From Elsinoe ampelina (taxonomy: Eukaryota), in the NCBI GenBank assembly GCA_010093995.1, contig ML992515.1, forward strand, positions 115,533 to 179,532: 64,000 nt of DNA. The letters run 5' to 3'. A model generated the notes under the pieces. The model had not been told where the DNA came from. It did not search any database and was given only the letters and a program-made list of their open reading frames with translations. How positions within the stretch are numbered: position 1 is the first letter of the stretch; every line of letters starts with the position of its first letter. The translations under genes were made by a program, and so were the position numbers. Of the stretch, positions 23,979 to 35,996 are shown piece by piece.

Positions 23979-25145
23979 ATGCGATTTTCAAACTTCATTG
24001 TCCTTTCTCTGAAGGCCGCCCTGGTCTTCGGCCTGCCGAGTACGGATCTGATCCCGCGCCGCCACCACCATCATCATCATGATGATGATGACGACCAGGA
24101 TCCCCATCATCATGATCACCACCACCACCATCACCATCACCACCACCACCACGACAATGCTTGGGAGTCATCCGTCTTCGCCAATGTTGCGATCAATGGT
24201 TCGTCATACGATCCCGAGGTCGCCAAGTTCCTGCATCGTCTACAGGACCTCAGTGGTGTGAACATGACCTTCATCACGGGACAAGTCGACCAGTTCACAC
24301 AAGGCATCACTACTCAACAACTGGAGAATCTGTCCCTCTCGCCAGAGGGCGAAAAAGCCATCAGGGGCCTGGTCGACGAGATGGCCGACAGACTTCCAGA
24401 AATCATGGTCGACGCAGATCAGGACTCGCATCGCATCACAGAAGTCGCCGAGAATCTCGAGTTCCTCTTCGGTGGTCTAGGCGCTATAGCTGTATCAATG
24501 GCCTTGTATGAGCTTGGCGGGGAGATTTACGCCGAAGCCATAGCTAAAGTGATGGCCATCACCTGGCCCGTCTTCGTCGCCGACCTGATCATCAAGTTGG
24601 TCCCTTACAAGCACTTTGGTCGCTGCGACGTGGTCCGCCAGGTCTGCGTGTCACGCCACACTCACCACGGTATTGACCACAACGGCCAGATCAACGACTG
24701 GGTCACCACCTCGGAGAAGGGCTGCTCAGGCCACCATCGCTGCAACAACCATGGCGATATCTGCGGCTGGAGGGCCATCAGCCCCCACAAGTCCGTCTGC
24801 AATTGGAACCGCCGCGAAGCCTGGAAGCGCTACACCAAGAAAGGCCCTCTGAGAGAGACTCACCAGGAGATGAGGCACAAGGGATCTAATTCGCTCCGTG
24901 AGAGGTGGCATGTCAGCCATAAGGAGAAGAAGCGTCGCAAGCAGTGGAAGAAGATCATGAACGGCGATAAGCACGAGCTGGAGAAGTACAAGGTGTACTT
25001 GAGTAAGCATGTCACCAGATATGTCAAGGCGGCTCAAAAGTCGGTCAAGAAGTTTGCTCATCATGTTGAGAAGCGGAGGGTTCATGGGTGTAAGAAGATT
25101 CACAGGAAGTGGTGCCCGGAGTTGAAGGCTTGTTGTCCCGAGTAG
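23979..25145 (+). CDS. Orphan secreted protein (388 aa) with poly-His, hydrophobic segment, Cys-rich module and cationic tail
   Basis: Intronless. Signal peptide MRFSNFIVLSLKAALVFG, then LPSTDLIPRR. C/G-ending codons look like genuine coding sequence. Ten Cys lie in the C-terminal half. Confidence 0.8.
   Translation: MRFSNFIVLSLKAALVFGLPSTDLIPRRHHHHHHDDDDDQDPHHHDHHHHHHHHHHHHDNAWESSVFANVAINGSSYDPEVAKFLHRLQDLSGVNMTFITGQVDQFTQGITTQQLENLSLSPEGEKAIRGLVDEMADRLPEIMVDADQDSHRITEVAENLEFLFGGLGAIAVSMALYELGGEIYAEAIAKVMAITWPVFVADLIIKLVPYKHFGRCDVVRQVCVSRHTHHGIDHNGQINDWVTTSEKGCSGHHRCNNHGDICGWRAISPHKSVCNWNRREAWKRYTKKGPLRETHQEMRHKGSNSLRERWHVSHKEKKRRKQWKKIMNGDKHELEKYKVYLSKHVTRYVKAAQKSVKKFAHHVEKRRVHGCKKIHRKWCPELKACCPE
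24063..24152 (+). repeat. CAY/GAY trinucleotide tract encoding H6-D5-QDP-H3-D-H12
   Basis: 21 His in 30 codons, with mixed CAC/CAT codons. Confidence 0.9.
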
Positions 25146-28142
25146 ATGGGGAATACCGCTATTGCACTCGGTGAGAGGAAAGTACAACTTTGGCTGTCTC
25201 TGGTTTGCCCTTGATTCCGAGCATTTTACTGGAGACCATTGTGGTCGTCGAGCTTCACTAAAGCTCCAAGAAAAGTTCTTAGTATAGAATATAGAGAATT
25301 GATATGGTAGTATATGATTCATACATGGATACGTCAATCGAATATCGCCTACAGTCATCCATCTACCTGAATGGCCATTACAATCATGTACTCAGTCTCA
25401 CCTCAACCTTCAGGTTCCAACATCCACCCTTTCGGCAGCACGTGACCTCTCCTTACCACCACGACCATCTCAAGAAGCGGTGTAACCCATCACCGAAACC
25501 CAAGACACCACGCCCTCAACCACTCGTATTCTCAAAGACAAAGCGCCCCTCCTTCAGCTAACGTTACCTCAGACACTCGAACGTTATCCCAGCGCTCTCC
25601 CAGCAATCTCCCCACCCGAACACGCTAAACGGCAACAAAGTTACGACCCCAAAGCTCAAACCCAACGTGTCTCATCTCGGCCTCTGAATTGCTTTCCTGC
25701 ACAGGCATCCTCGGCCCGACACCCAACCCCGGGCAATGTGGAGAAATCGCGGAGAAGCGCCCCCCCCCCCGCTGCTCGCGGCCCAGTCCCGCATGCATGA
25801 GCCGGCCAGCCAGATCCACCCGGGGAATGCAGCCCGAAAGTCTCTTGCGCCCGTTGCGTTGCATAAGACACTGCAGCAGTGCAGACCTGCAGACTGCTGG
25901 GGGCCGGGCGCCGGCGAGAGAAGGGGAGTGGATAGACTTTGGTACATGCATGCTTCCTGCACATTGCTTGTCTCCCGACTGACCAGGCTGGAGCGGTGGA
26001 GCTGGGGAAACGTCGGGCCTGTCGGCTGGATGCCCTGACCTGCGCATCACTCCCGTGCGTTGTGGAGAAGCAGGAGCACTGCACAGGAGTAGACTCAGCA
26101 GACGCAGGAGGTGGATCACTGTGACGATCAAGCATTTCCCCGACCTGTTGTTGGGCCACTCATTCTGACGATAAGCCGGTTTCCCCGGATCTTCGGACGG
26201 TAATGATAGTCAGGCACCCGTCCGCAGTGTCATACCAACGAAGCTGAAGGGGTTAAGCGTCTCAACGAAACTGCCTGGCTGGAGATTGTTGGGGATAAGC
26301 AAGGCTATGTGCGGCATGGTGACACACCGCTTGGGATGGCGTGGTGCTTATGCCTGGCTGAGGGAGATGTGATGGTTTGATCGATGGGTTGGGTTTGACA
26401 AGGCAGATCATGGGAGTGGGGAAGGTGATTTCTGCAAGGCTTCCCCGGAGTGATGCTTCTGTTCCGGACCTTTCCGATGCGGGGGAGATGCAGGATAGAG
26501 GCGGGCCGGTGAAGACTTGATGGAGGGCTGACATGATGGATGTGGTTGAGTGTGGTTGTCTGGTCCCCTATGCGCTTCATCACGTTGAAGACGCCTGTGC
26601 ACTGGCTGATCACAGGGCTACAGTATAGTCGACGCTGATTGTTGAACGCCTCGCGTCACTCTGGCCATCTCGCTTACTGCTGCTCGGTCCGACGTCTTGA
26701 TGAAGGGCAGTTCTTATATCTCGGACCGTGAGCAGTGACCTGCCACAAAACCTTCCAACGTTCAGTCTTGAGGTCTATGACCGCGGCCTCTGCACAGAAA
26801 AACCACGTCTTGTACAGTGGTAGCGAGGACACAGAGGTCGAGGCAATCTACTCAGAGCCTGGAACTCAACAGACCAGGAAGCTATATGCTCTGGCGGTGA
26901 GACGGACGCAGGTTTTCTAGACCTGTGGCGCCCCGAGGCTCGCGTTCCGAGGAGGCAAGACTCTGGAATTTGAGGGACGATCAAGTCTTTTGTCGACCTC
27001 CCTCTCCAGGGGCAGCGACACGGGGCTGAGGAGAGCCTCGTTTGCGGGGATAGGGCGTCATTCTGACCAAGAGGAGATTGATCGTTGTGCCTGCCATATA
27101 CAACACGCCAGGTTCAAGTTACTTACTTGCAAGAGGTCTATTCTCACCATTTTCAGATGTCGAACAGAGGAGAGGACAACAGCCTGGATTCGAGATGGTG
27201 ATCGCAGGGGAAAGAGATGACTTTACCTGTTCCCATCGTTTGTTACGCTCTTTGCAACTCGCTTGGGTCGCATTCACACCTGATATCATCGATCTTCATT
27301 TCAGAATTGTCGACATTGCTTGGAGAAACCATGGAGATTACAGAGGGAGTATACCAAGGCCAGATCGACTGTGAGCAACAATTCGACGGCCCCGTCTACC
27401 ACAACTCTGATCAAACTGCATTCGTTACAGATTCGATACTGAGTTGGGATCTTTCGCAGTATCTCAATTGCCCTGAAGCAGCTTTGTCGACTTTCAAGGT
27501 CGCATGCCTTGGTCGCCTGGGCTGCGAATATACCAGTTCTTTCGATCACGGAATCAATTGTGGAGAACATGGCAGATCGATGATTGATAAACATGTCCGA
27601 GGTCGATGGTGGCTGGATGCCTGAAGAATTTACCCTCGGATAAACATGTAGGTGCAAAGGTAGGGTTTTCGGAGCATGACTTGGCTGCAGACGAGGACAG
27701 CAAGCAATTGGCTCGTTATCAGTATCCACTGCTTTCACGTGCATTCTCATTTCCCTGAGCCATTTGTTCTTCCAATCAATGGTTCGCAAGACACGGAATA
27801 GACGGCCGCTAGTCTATTCGTCAATGCCAAGCACGGGATATAGACAACCACGGCGTACACAAGCATTCTTCCTCGTCGAACAACGCATAGGCAGGTGCAT
27901 TTCGAACGGAACAATCCAATCAGAACATCTGCTTCCATGCATGAGGAACGTATGGAGCCACTCAGCCACACATAGCTTACGTGTATGGGCGGCTGTGCTA
28001 GTGACACCTCTTACCCACAATTAGGTACGATGAGCTTGCCAGAGAAGCTTAGCCGCCTTGCTCAAGAGCTTCACCATCTCCTCTCTATAGCTCACTCTCC
28101 TATACGATCGACGCTCACAGCCTCAATCACTAGCTAACCACA

Positions 28143-29254
28143 ATGTCTTTCCTCAAGAAACTCACCAAAGAGTTCGAAGACCTCAAAGCCTCTTTCTCCG
28201 ACGACAAGGACAAAGTCAAATCGTCCGGAGACCGCAAAGGTAAGACAGACCCTTCTTAAACCTCTCCCAAATCTCATCCCGAGCCGCGTCGTCGTAATCA
28301 CAAAGCTGACCCTTTCCAACCAGACTCCAAAGACCACGCGGCGGCCCCAGGCGGCGGCGGCCACAACCCCTACCCTCCCGGACCCCAGTCCTACAACCCT
28401 CCTTCCCAGCCAGGCTACGCGGGCGCTCCCCCCCTCCCTCCCGGCTGGACCTCACAGTACGACAACAACTCCCAGCGCTGGTTCTACATCGAGCAGGCCA
28501 CCGGTCGGACCCAGTGGGACTTCCCAGGCCACTCTCCCGCTCCGCCTCAGGGTGGGTATCATGCTCCTCCCTCTCATGAGACCCCAGGTGCCCAGCCTTG
28601 GGAGACCAGTCGTGGGTATGATGGTGGTCATGGCGGGCAGGGCGGCCACGGTGCGCCCTACGGTCAGCAACATGGTGCTCCAGGATATGGTCAGCAGCAT
28701 GGCGCTCCTTACGGTGCTCCCGGCTACGGTGGCCAGTATGGTTCTCATGATCCGTACATGAGTGGCGATGACAAGGACAAGGGCAAAGACAAGGACAAGG
28801 ACAAGGACGATAAGAAGAAGATGATGATGGGTGTCGGCGCGGGTGTCGCTGCTGGTGCCATCGGTGGAGCTGTCATTGCCAACGCAATGGGTATGTATTC
28901 CCTCCTCCCAGTCCCCCCCCCATTGTCCCCCTCACTAACCCTCCCCAAGACGACTCCGACTCCGACAAAGCCCCCCCATCCTACGCCTACGCCCCCGCCG
29001 CCGCCGGCGCCGGCGTCGCTCCCCCGGGTGCCTACGGCGGCGCAGAGCCTCCACCCGGCGCCCTCCCCACGCACGACGCAGACGGCGACAGCGTCTCGAG
29101 CAGCGACAGGGAAGACGTCCAAGAAGCGAGAGAAGAGTACGAAGAGGCGCTCGCGGACGCGAATGATAGTGATGCGAGCAGTAGTGATCACGAGAGGGTG
29201 CAGGAAGCGAGGGAGGAGTACGAAGAGGAGTACGAGGAGACTTATGATGATTGA
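28143..29254 (+). CDS. WW-domain, Gly/Pro/Tyr-rich protein (Wwm1-like architecture; 3 exons)
   Basis: MSFLKKLTKEFEDLKASF, an intron, then the WW domain PPLPPGWTSQYDNNSQRWFYIEQATGRTQWDFP. It has a glycine zipper GVGAGVAAGAIGGAVIANAM and an acidic tail ...QEAREEYEEEYEETYDD*. The ORF track largely misses it. Confidence 0.85.
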
Positions 29255-29788
29255 GGTCGCTGTTGCCGGGCTTGATTGGGCGTGAGCTGGGGAGACGTGG
29301 AGGGGTCGAGATGGGTTGGAAGATGTGGACGGCGAGCATAGCGTGGTTTACTTGTGCCTCACTGGGTTTGTAGAAGGGCCGGAGCTGGGAAGCAGTGATT
29401 TGGCTTTCTCGGACCCCGCCACGAGATGTCATGACGGAATGAAATACGGTTCCTCAGATCGATCGACTGAATGCTGCCAGTGAATGTCATCTTTTGCTCT
29501 TCCAAGTCCTGATGCGAGCAAAGTGTATCAATCGCACAAAGACAGAGCGATGAGGCAATCGAGGGAGAGGAAGCAGATGAAGATATGCTCATACCATGCC
29601 AGATTCTAGTGATTACAGCCCATATTCTGGATGCCCTTGGCCCTTATTCCTTTCCTTCAAGCGCCAGAAACAATGCCCATGCGTAACAATATCCACATAT
29701 TTGAATTGACCTTTCTTGCAGTCTTTCCGTCATACAAATCCCCTCCAGCCAGCACCACTTCCACCTCTCTCCCGGGCTTCGTCTCCCT

Positions 29789-30660
29789 CTAGATTGAAAT
29801 CCCCATCCTCCTCGGACCAAAGTAGAGCAACCCACCAACACCAGTGAAGCCCATACCCATCCACCACCACCAATCCGGGTTCATGGCGTGCTGCGCGATC
29901 GTCTTCCTGCTCCCCATCTTCCAGTTTATCGGCACCTCCATCTCGCTCCTCTTCACCTTGACAGTGGATTTTGTGCCCGCGCTAGTCGCCGTGCTGGTCG
30001 GGTTGAGCGTGCTGACCGGCAACATCTGCGGGGGCGAGTACACGAGGTACATCGGGTTGAGCGGGGCGCCGTCGAACTGGAAGAGGTCGAGGCGGGGGAT
30101 CTTGTGGTAGGGGTCGGTGTAGACTTGGTACGTCTTGAAGAGCTCGGTTTGGTTGTAGCGGGTGTAGATGCCGTTGTCGTTGCGGCAGGGCGTGGAGAGG
30201 AGTTGGCGGCCGTCTACGGCGATCGGGGTGAGGGTGAGGCTGCCGTTGGCGTTTTGGGTCCAGGAGCCGTGTTGCCATTGCATGATGCCGGAGGGACATT
30301 GGGGGTTCGTCGCTGTGGAGAGTCAGTGGGTTAATCGTGGAGGGGTAGATGTGGTGGACGGACGGTTTGCGATCGCTCGGTAGTATGCCTCCTCGAAGTG
30401 TCCGTCTGCGGTGAAGGAGTATGAGAAGCCGGTCCGCGATGGCTCTATGAATTCATCTTTGACTGGGTCGTAGAAGCCCTTCCTGTCTGTTAGTGCATGC
30501 CCTTGTCTTGTCGCGCCGCAATGCTTACCGGTCCTGTTAGGGTCTTGTTCGATTTGGTCGACCAGGTTCCTACCAGTTCTGTGGGCCAGACTCCTTGTGC
30601 GTTTACAGTCGACAGTAGTGCGGAGCCAGCACTGACGGCGAGAGCGAGTGTCGCCTTCAT
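29789..30660 (-). CDS. ROT1: ER chaperone Rot1 (3 exons)
   Basis: Signal peptide, LVGTWSTKSNKTLTGP, GFYDPVKDEFIEPSRTGFSYSFTADGHFEEAYYRA, MQWQHG, VDGRQLLS, PPQMLP and a C-terminal TM helix. Confidence 0.93.
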
Positions 30661-30957
30661 CGTCGTGGTATATCGTGAAAGTGTAAAAGCGAGTGTGGGA
30701 TGTGAAGTCAGAGAAGTCGTCGTTGTTGAGGGAGTTGGCTCGTGTTCAAACTTCTTGGATGTCTGGGCGGGAGGCGCCGCGACGCCAATCACGCCCGGGC
30801 AGATCCCTGCTGCGAGCAACCGCCCGATTTCTGCGTCACTCTCATCAAGACGGATCTCCTCGTCGGATATCAATTCACAATGTATCTCATCTAGCTGTGG
30901 CGAAGGCAAGGGCAAGCATTGCTATCGCTCGCTCATTGATGATGGCCCGTGTCGGAT

Positions 30958-31891
30958 ATGTTCGCTGAAGCCGCCAGACACAGATTGCTTGGACAGCCAC
31001 TTTGGCAAATTAATAGTCGGCTTGGTATTGTATGCTGGGCAAATACACGGACGATGGCAAACTTGATCATGCCTCCTGAGGCTGAAATGGCATCAAAAAG
31101 TGCATGGCGGAAGGCGTTTGGGCGAGTCCTATCACAGCTTGAACAAAAGAATATCACAGCTCAGTGTCTGCCACATCTCCTCCACGGCCATGCCCTCGTT
31201 GACATGTTCCAGCCGTACAAGCGACCGAAAAGCTGATCAGTATGCCTGTGTATCAGGATGCAAGGAGCATCAGCGTGTTCCTTGCCATGCCCAATGGCGA
31301 GCTGCAAACCGAAGGCATTGTCCGACATGCACTGAAAGCAGGGAAGAATGTCTTTGTCCCATACATCAAACGCAAACCAGCTTCGATGCACATGCTCCGA
31401 CTTGAAGATGAAGCGGACCTTGACTCCATGCAGCCAGACAAGTGGGGAATACCTTCGTTGAATACAGAAACGATCGATGCACGAGTCAATTGTTTTGGCT
31501 ATCGTGGTATCGAACTACAGAATCAAGACTCGCAGTCGCAAGAATTCGATGCCGGCCTTGACCTGGTTCTTTTGCCCTGCGTCGCCTTCGACCAGGAATA
31601 TAACAGACTTGGCCATGGAAAAGGTTATTACGATCGATTTCTGACTCGTTACTTTGAGACCGTCGGAATGAACGGTGATTCATACCGGAAGCCATATTTG
31701 AGTAAGTCCTTCTTGCACGTCTCCAAGGCTCCTTCAAATTGACTTCCATCGCAGTCGGACTCGCGCTTGCTGAGCAATTTCTTCCTGATCCCAATCGACT
31801 GCCCATGGAGGAGTGGGATCACAAGGTCGATGCTCTTCTTCTGGGAGATCGCTTATTGGTGCGTGTGCCTCCTGCATCGCGTACATCATGA
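30958..31891 (+). CDS. FAU1: 5-formyltetrahydrofolate cyclo-ligase (MTHFS; 3 exons)
   Basis: SISVFLAMP, VFVPYI, DKWGIP, LDLVLLPCVAFD...RLGHGKGYYDRFL; last exon IGLALAEQ...LPMEEWDHKVD. The start is ambiguous (30958 or a downstream ATG). Confidence 0.9.
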
Positions 31892-31968
31892 ATGGGTATC
31901 TTCGTCGTGTGAAGCCTCGACTGTCCTCACCAGAGGACCAGCCAATTCGTGAGAGGTCCTTCTTCACG

Positions 31969-32299
31969 TTATAGGACCTGGATGAGAGAGACGTTGTCGC
32001 CCTTGAGCAGGATACGTCCTGGGCGCGTTAGATTGGACAGATGGAGAAAGTTAGAGCGACAAACCCAGATCCTTTCTGCTTTCGCTTGGATTCTCCCTGT
32101 GTGGCTGCTTCACCTCCACCGCGTCGTCAATTACCAAGTTCATAAACTCGTCAAATCCCCTGATTATTCCCTCAATCCTCATTCCTGTCTGCTCGTACAG
32201 CCATATTGAAACCTTCTGCTGTCTCTGAAGTATCTGGAAAATGGCATTGATTGGCGGCAGAAGCACCTTGTTCTGGCCTCCCCTTCCACGGCCACTCAT
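31969..32299 (-). CDS. SME1: Small nuclear ribonucleoprotein Sm E (2 exons)
   Basis: MSGRGRGGQNKVLLPPINAIF...IWLYEQ...RIEGIIRGFDEFMNLVIDDAVEV, an intron, then RILLKGDNVSLIQVL*. Confidence 0.95.
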
Positions 32300-32712
32300 T
32301 GCGCCTGGAAGATCGCAGGAATTCGCTCGGGCGTGATGGGTATGAACTGATGTACCGGAGAAGTCAAGAAGGCGTTGCGCGTGGGGTTTTGTCGTTGGCG
32401 ATCGGATATTGACAAGCAAGCTACTTGAAAGAGCTCAAAGTCCAAAATCTTCGTAGGGCTGAGGTTTGCGGGAGAATTGGTCAGTGCTCTAAGCGCGTTT
32501 GGCGCGGCCTCGTGAGGGCGGAATTGTGATGCGAACGTCAGTGCCAGCTCCAAAAATAATTGCTGAGCACAAAGCAGATCCCTCCACCATACGCTCATAT
32601 CAAGCTCTCAGCTACTCAATCTGCTCGCCAACATGCAGACTAATTGAGGCTGTCCTCCTCATGTCACGCGACTCTTTAGCACCAGATCCGCCTCTTCTCC
32701 TACATCACAAAC

Positions 32713-35700
32713 ATGGCTGCAACCAACGGGGGTGGAGGGGCATATGCGCCCATATTGTCGGCGCTGTCGACGATGCAGTCCAACGTTGATCGCAATCAGA
32801 AAGACCAAGCGCATCAATATCTTGAGCAATTCCAGAAATCCGTCAGTCGACAATGAACAAGAGCATGGCGGGGTTCTAACGATACTCAGAGCGAGTCATG
32901 GACTACAGTCTTCTCCCTCCTCTCGGCGTCCGAGGCATCGAGTGAGGCAAAGCTGTTCGCTGCCACAACGCTAAAGGGAAAGGTCAGAAATAGCAGGGTG
33001 AAAGGATTGGACCAGAGAGGGCTGACCCCGAACAGATCATCTATGACCTTCACCAGCTGCCCAAAGAGGCCATCGAACAGTTGCGAGACAGCACTTTGTC
33101 GCTCCTCGCCACATATGCCAATGGACCCAAGCCTATCCGAACACAACTCTGTGTGTGTCTGGCGAACATTGCCATTCAGATGCTGGACTGGAAGAATGTC
33201 CTCTCCACTGTGGTCTCTACACTCGGCAGCGATGCGAAAGGCATCCCCACCCTGATGGAGTTCCTCCGAGTACTTCCTGAAGAGGTCACCGAAGGCCGCA
33301 AGATCAACCTCACAGTATGTCCGGCCCGAGAGCTTCAGCAGTCACCATTGGTTATCAGAGTCTAATTCGATGGATAATAGGAGGATGAACTCAGAGACAG
33401 AACTGTCGAGCTGCTTGAAGAGAATGGAGCACAAGTCCTGGCACTTCTTCAGCAGTACTCTCAAACATCAGGTCTGAAATATAAAAACACTACTTGGTCG
33501 CCCATGAACTGACATCGTTGTAGCATCCGCTTCGAAAGAGCCATATTTCCTCGAGTGTGTTACCTCGTGGATCAGAGAGATACCCCTTCGAGATATTGTT
33601 GTATCCTCACTCATGGACGTCGTAATGGCTTCCCTGGACGACGGTGCTGCCATGGATGCTGGTGTCGAGTGCCTTTGCGCCATGTTCCGGGAAACCAGAG
33701 ATGTGGACGAGACGCTGGACATAATCAAAGTGCTCTATCCACGTATTCTGGCTCTACGACCACGGATAGCTCAAGCGGCATCAGAAGAGGACACCGAGAC
33801 TCTGAAGCTAATCACGCGCGTCTTTGCTGAAGCAGGTGAAGCTTGGGTATTGCTCATTGCTCGATTACCCAACGACTTCCGAGCACTGGTCGAAGCTGTC
33901 CTCGAATGTGCCGCGGCGGACAAGGAGAAGGACGCGATCTCTCTCACCTTCATCTTCTGGTATGAGCTCAAGCAATATCTCACAATAGAAAAGTACATGG
34001 AAGCACGAGCGACACTGGCCGACATTTACTCAAAACTGGTCGATATCATGGTCATGCACCTTGAATTCCCGCATCCAGAGGGTACTAATCCCAATGACTT
34101 GTTCGATGGCGACCGGGAAGCGGAGGATCGGTTTAGGGAGTTCAGGCATCAGATGGGCGACGTACTGAAAGACTGCTGCGAGGTCATTGGAGTGACTGAA
34201 TGCCTGCAAAAGTCATATGTGCTCATTGAGCAATGGGTCAATGCGCATGGCCAACAGGCGAGTCAAGGCAATGTTCCAGACTGGCAGAAACTGGAGGCGC
34301 CCATTTTCAGCATGCGAGCCATGGGTCGAATGGTCCCACCGGACGAAGATATCATGCTTCCCCGACTCATTCCCCTGCTCATACAAATTCCAGATCACGA
34401 AAAGGTGCGCTTTCAAGCAGTGATGGCCCTAGGACGGTATACGGAATGGACTGCGAGCCACCCAGAGACACTGGAACAACAGCTGAACTTCATCATGGCC
34501 GCTTTTCAGCACCAGTCGAAAGAGGTGCGGACAGCAGCCGCGCTATCCTTCCGATTCTTTTGTAATGATTGCGCCAATCTCTTGAAGGACTTTGTCGGGC
34601 AGCTCCAGCAGTTCTACGAGAGTGTGATCAACACTCTCCCGAGAAGCAGTCAAGAAGAGATTACCGAAGGAGTAGCTTCAGTCATTGCTAAGCTCCCGCC
34701 CGACCAAACCTATCAGATGTTCAAGCAGACTTGCGATCCGGTAATCTCACGACTCATGGAGATGGCAAAGACGGCATCAGAGGAGAGCGCCAAACTTGCT
34801 GTTGCAGGTGTGTTCGAGAAATGTCGAGTAACGTATGCTGAGCTAATAGTGACAGACCAGTTACAACTTGTAACCATCTTTATTCAATGGATCCAGCCGG
34901 TAGTGCCACGGTCAGAACCCAATCCAGCTGTCCTATATTGCCAGGAAATCTTTCCGACGCTATCCGCTATAGCCGACAATTTCACCAACTTTGTGCCAAT
35001 CTTGGAACGGGTTTGTCGATGCTGGCGCTACATGGTACTCTCCTACCGGACGGCTGTTGCGCCGCTTCTGCCAGAGCTCGCGACGAAGCTTGCAGACGGC
35101 TTCCAGAAGTTCCGTCAAGGATGCTTCTTGTGGGCGACTGACTCCATTATCCGAGAATTCACAGAAGATGCGGGTGTGGATCAAGGCACGTCTGCATCAG
35201 TCTTCAACTTCTTCGAAGCTCAAGCGACGAATTTCTTCAAGGCACTGAACGATCTACCTCCCGAGGAATTGCCAGATGGTGAGTATCACGCTTGCATTGG
35301 TCAACACACATCTCACGATTCGCAGTCATCGAAGATTTCTACCGGCTCGCCACAGACGTTCTTTTATACCACACCAAAGCCTTCGCCACCTCACATCTCA
35401 TGCCCACTGTGTTACAAGCAGCCACATCGACTCTGACCGTCCTCAAAGAAGAACCCATTGTCGCGACCTTGCACTTCCTTCGAGACTTCCTTGCTTATGG
35501 GTCGTCGAATCCGCCTCGCAGCCAGTTTGGGGATGAGCCAGATCGGCTGAGGAGCGACGGTCCACAAATCCAGAGCGCCGTGAAGCAGCTAGTCCAAGCT
35601 CAAGGCGAGGCCCTAACGCAACGAGTCATGGCAGGCATGATGTACACCTTCCCTGCCGAATGCATACCAGACGCCAGCGGAGTCTTGCTGGCCATGTTCC

Positions 35701-35996
35701 AGCTCCTCCCTGAAGTCATGGCTGGATGGGTCGCCTCGACTATCAACATGTTGCCTGCTGGGAGCATCAGCCCTCAGGAGCAAGAGCGGATGCTGAGAAA
35801 TATTCAACAGTAAGCCAGCCACGAGTCAATACTGCGCGGTCGCCTGCTAACCTCATCTAGACGCATCCAGTCAGGCGAGATACGCAAGATCAGATCGCTG
35901 CTGCAGGACTTTACGAACTCTTATCGCAGACGAAATGTGGCGCCACGAGAGGGATTGGGGAGACTCGAGGCCACCCGTTTCCGATTCAGCGGTTGA
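32713..35996 (+). CDS. MTR10: Importin-beta family nuclear import receptor Mtr10/transportin-3 (multi-exon)
   Basis: MAATNGGGGAYAPILSALSTMQSN...AHQYLEQFQKS, LFAATTLKGK, LRVLPEEVTEGRKI, FREFRHQMGDVLKDCC, and the C-terminus RRRNVAPREGLGRLEATRFRFSG*. Confidence 0.92.

Noticed and set aside
27217..28024. ORFs of 86-162 aa on both strands
   Set aside because: No recognisable motif or consistent splice model; the coding strand could not be decided.
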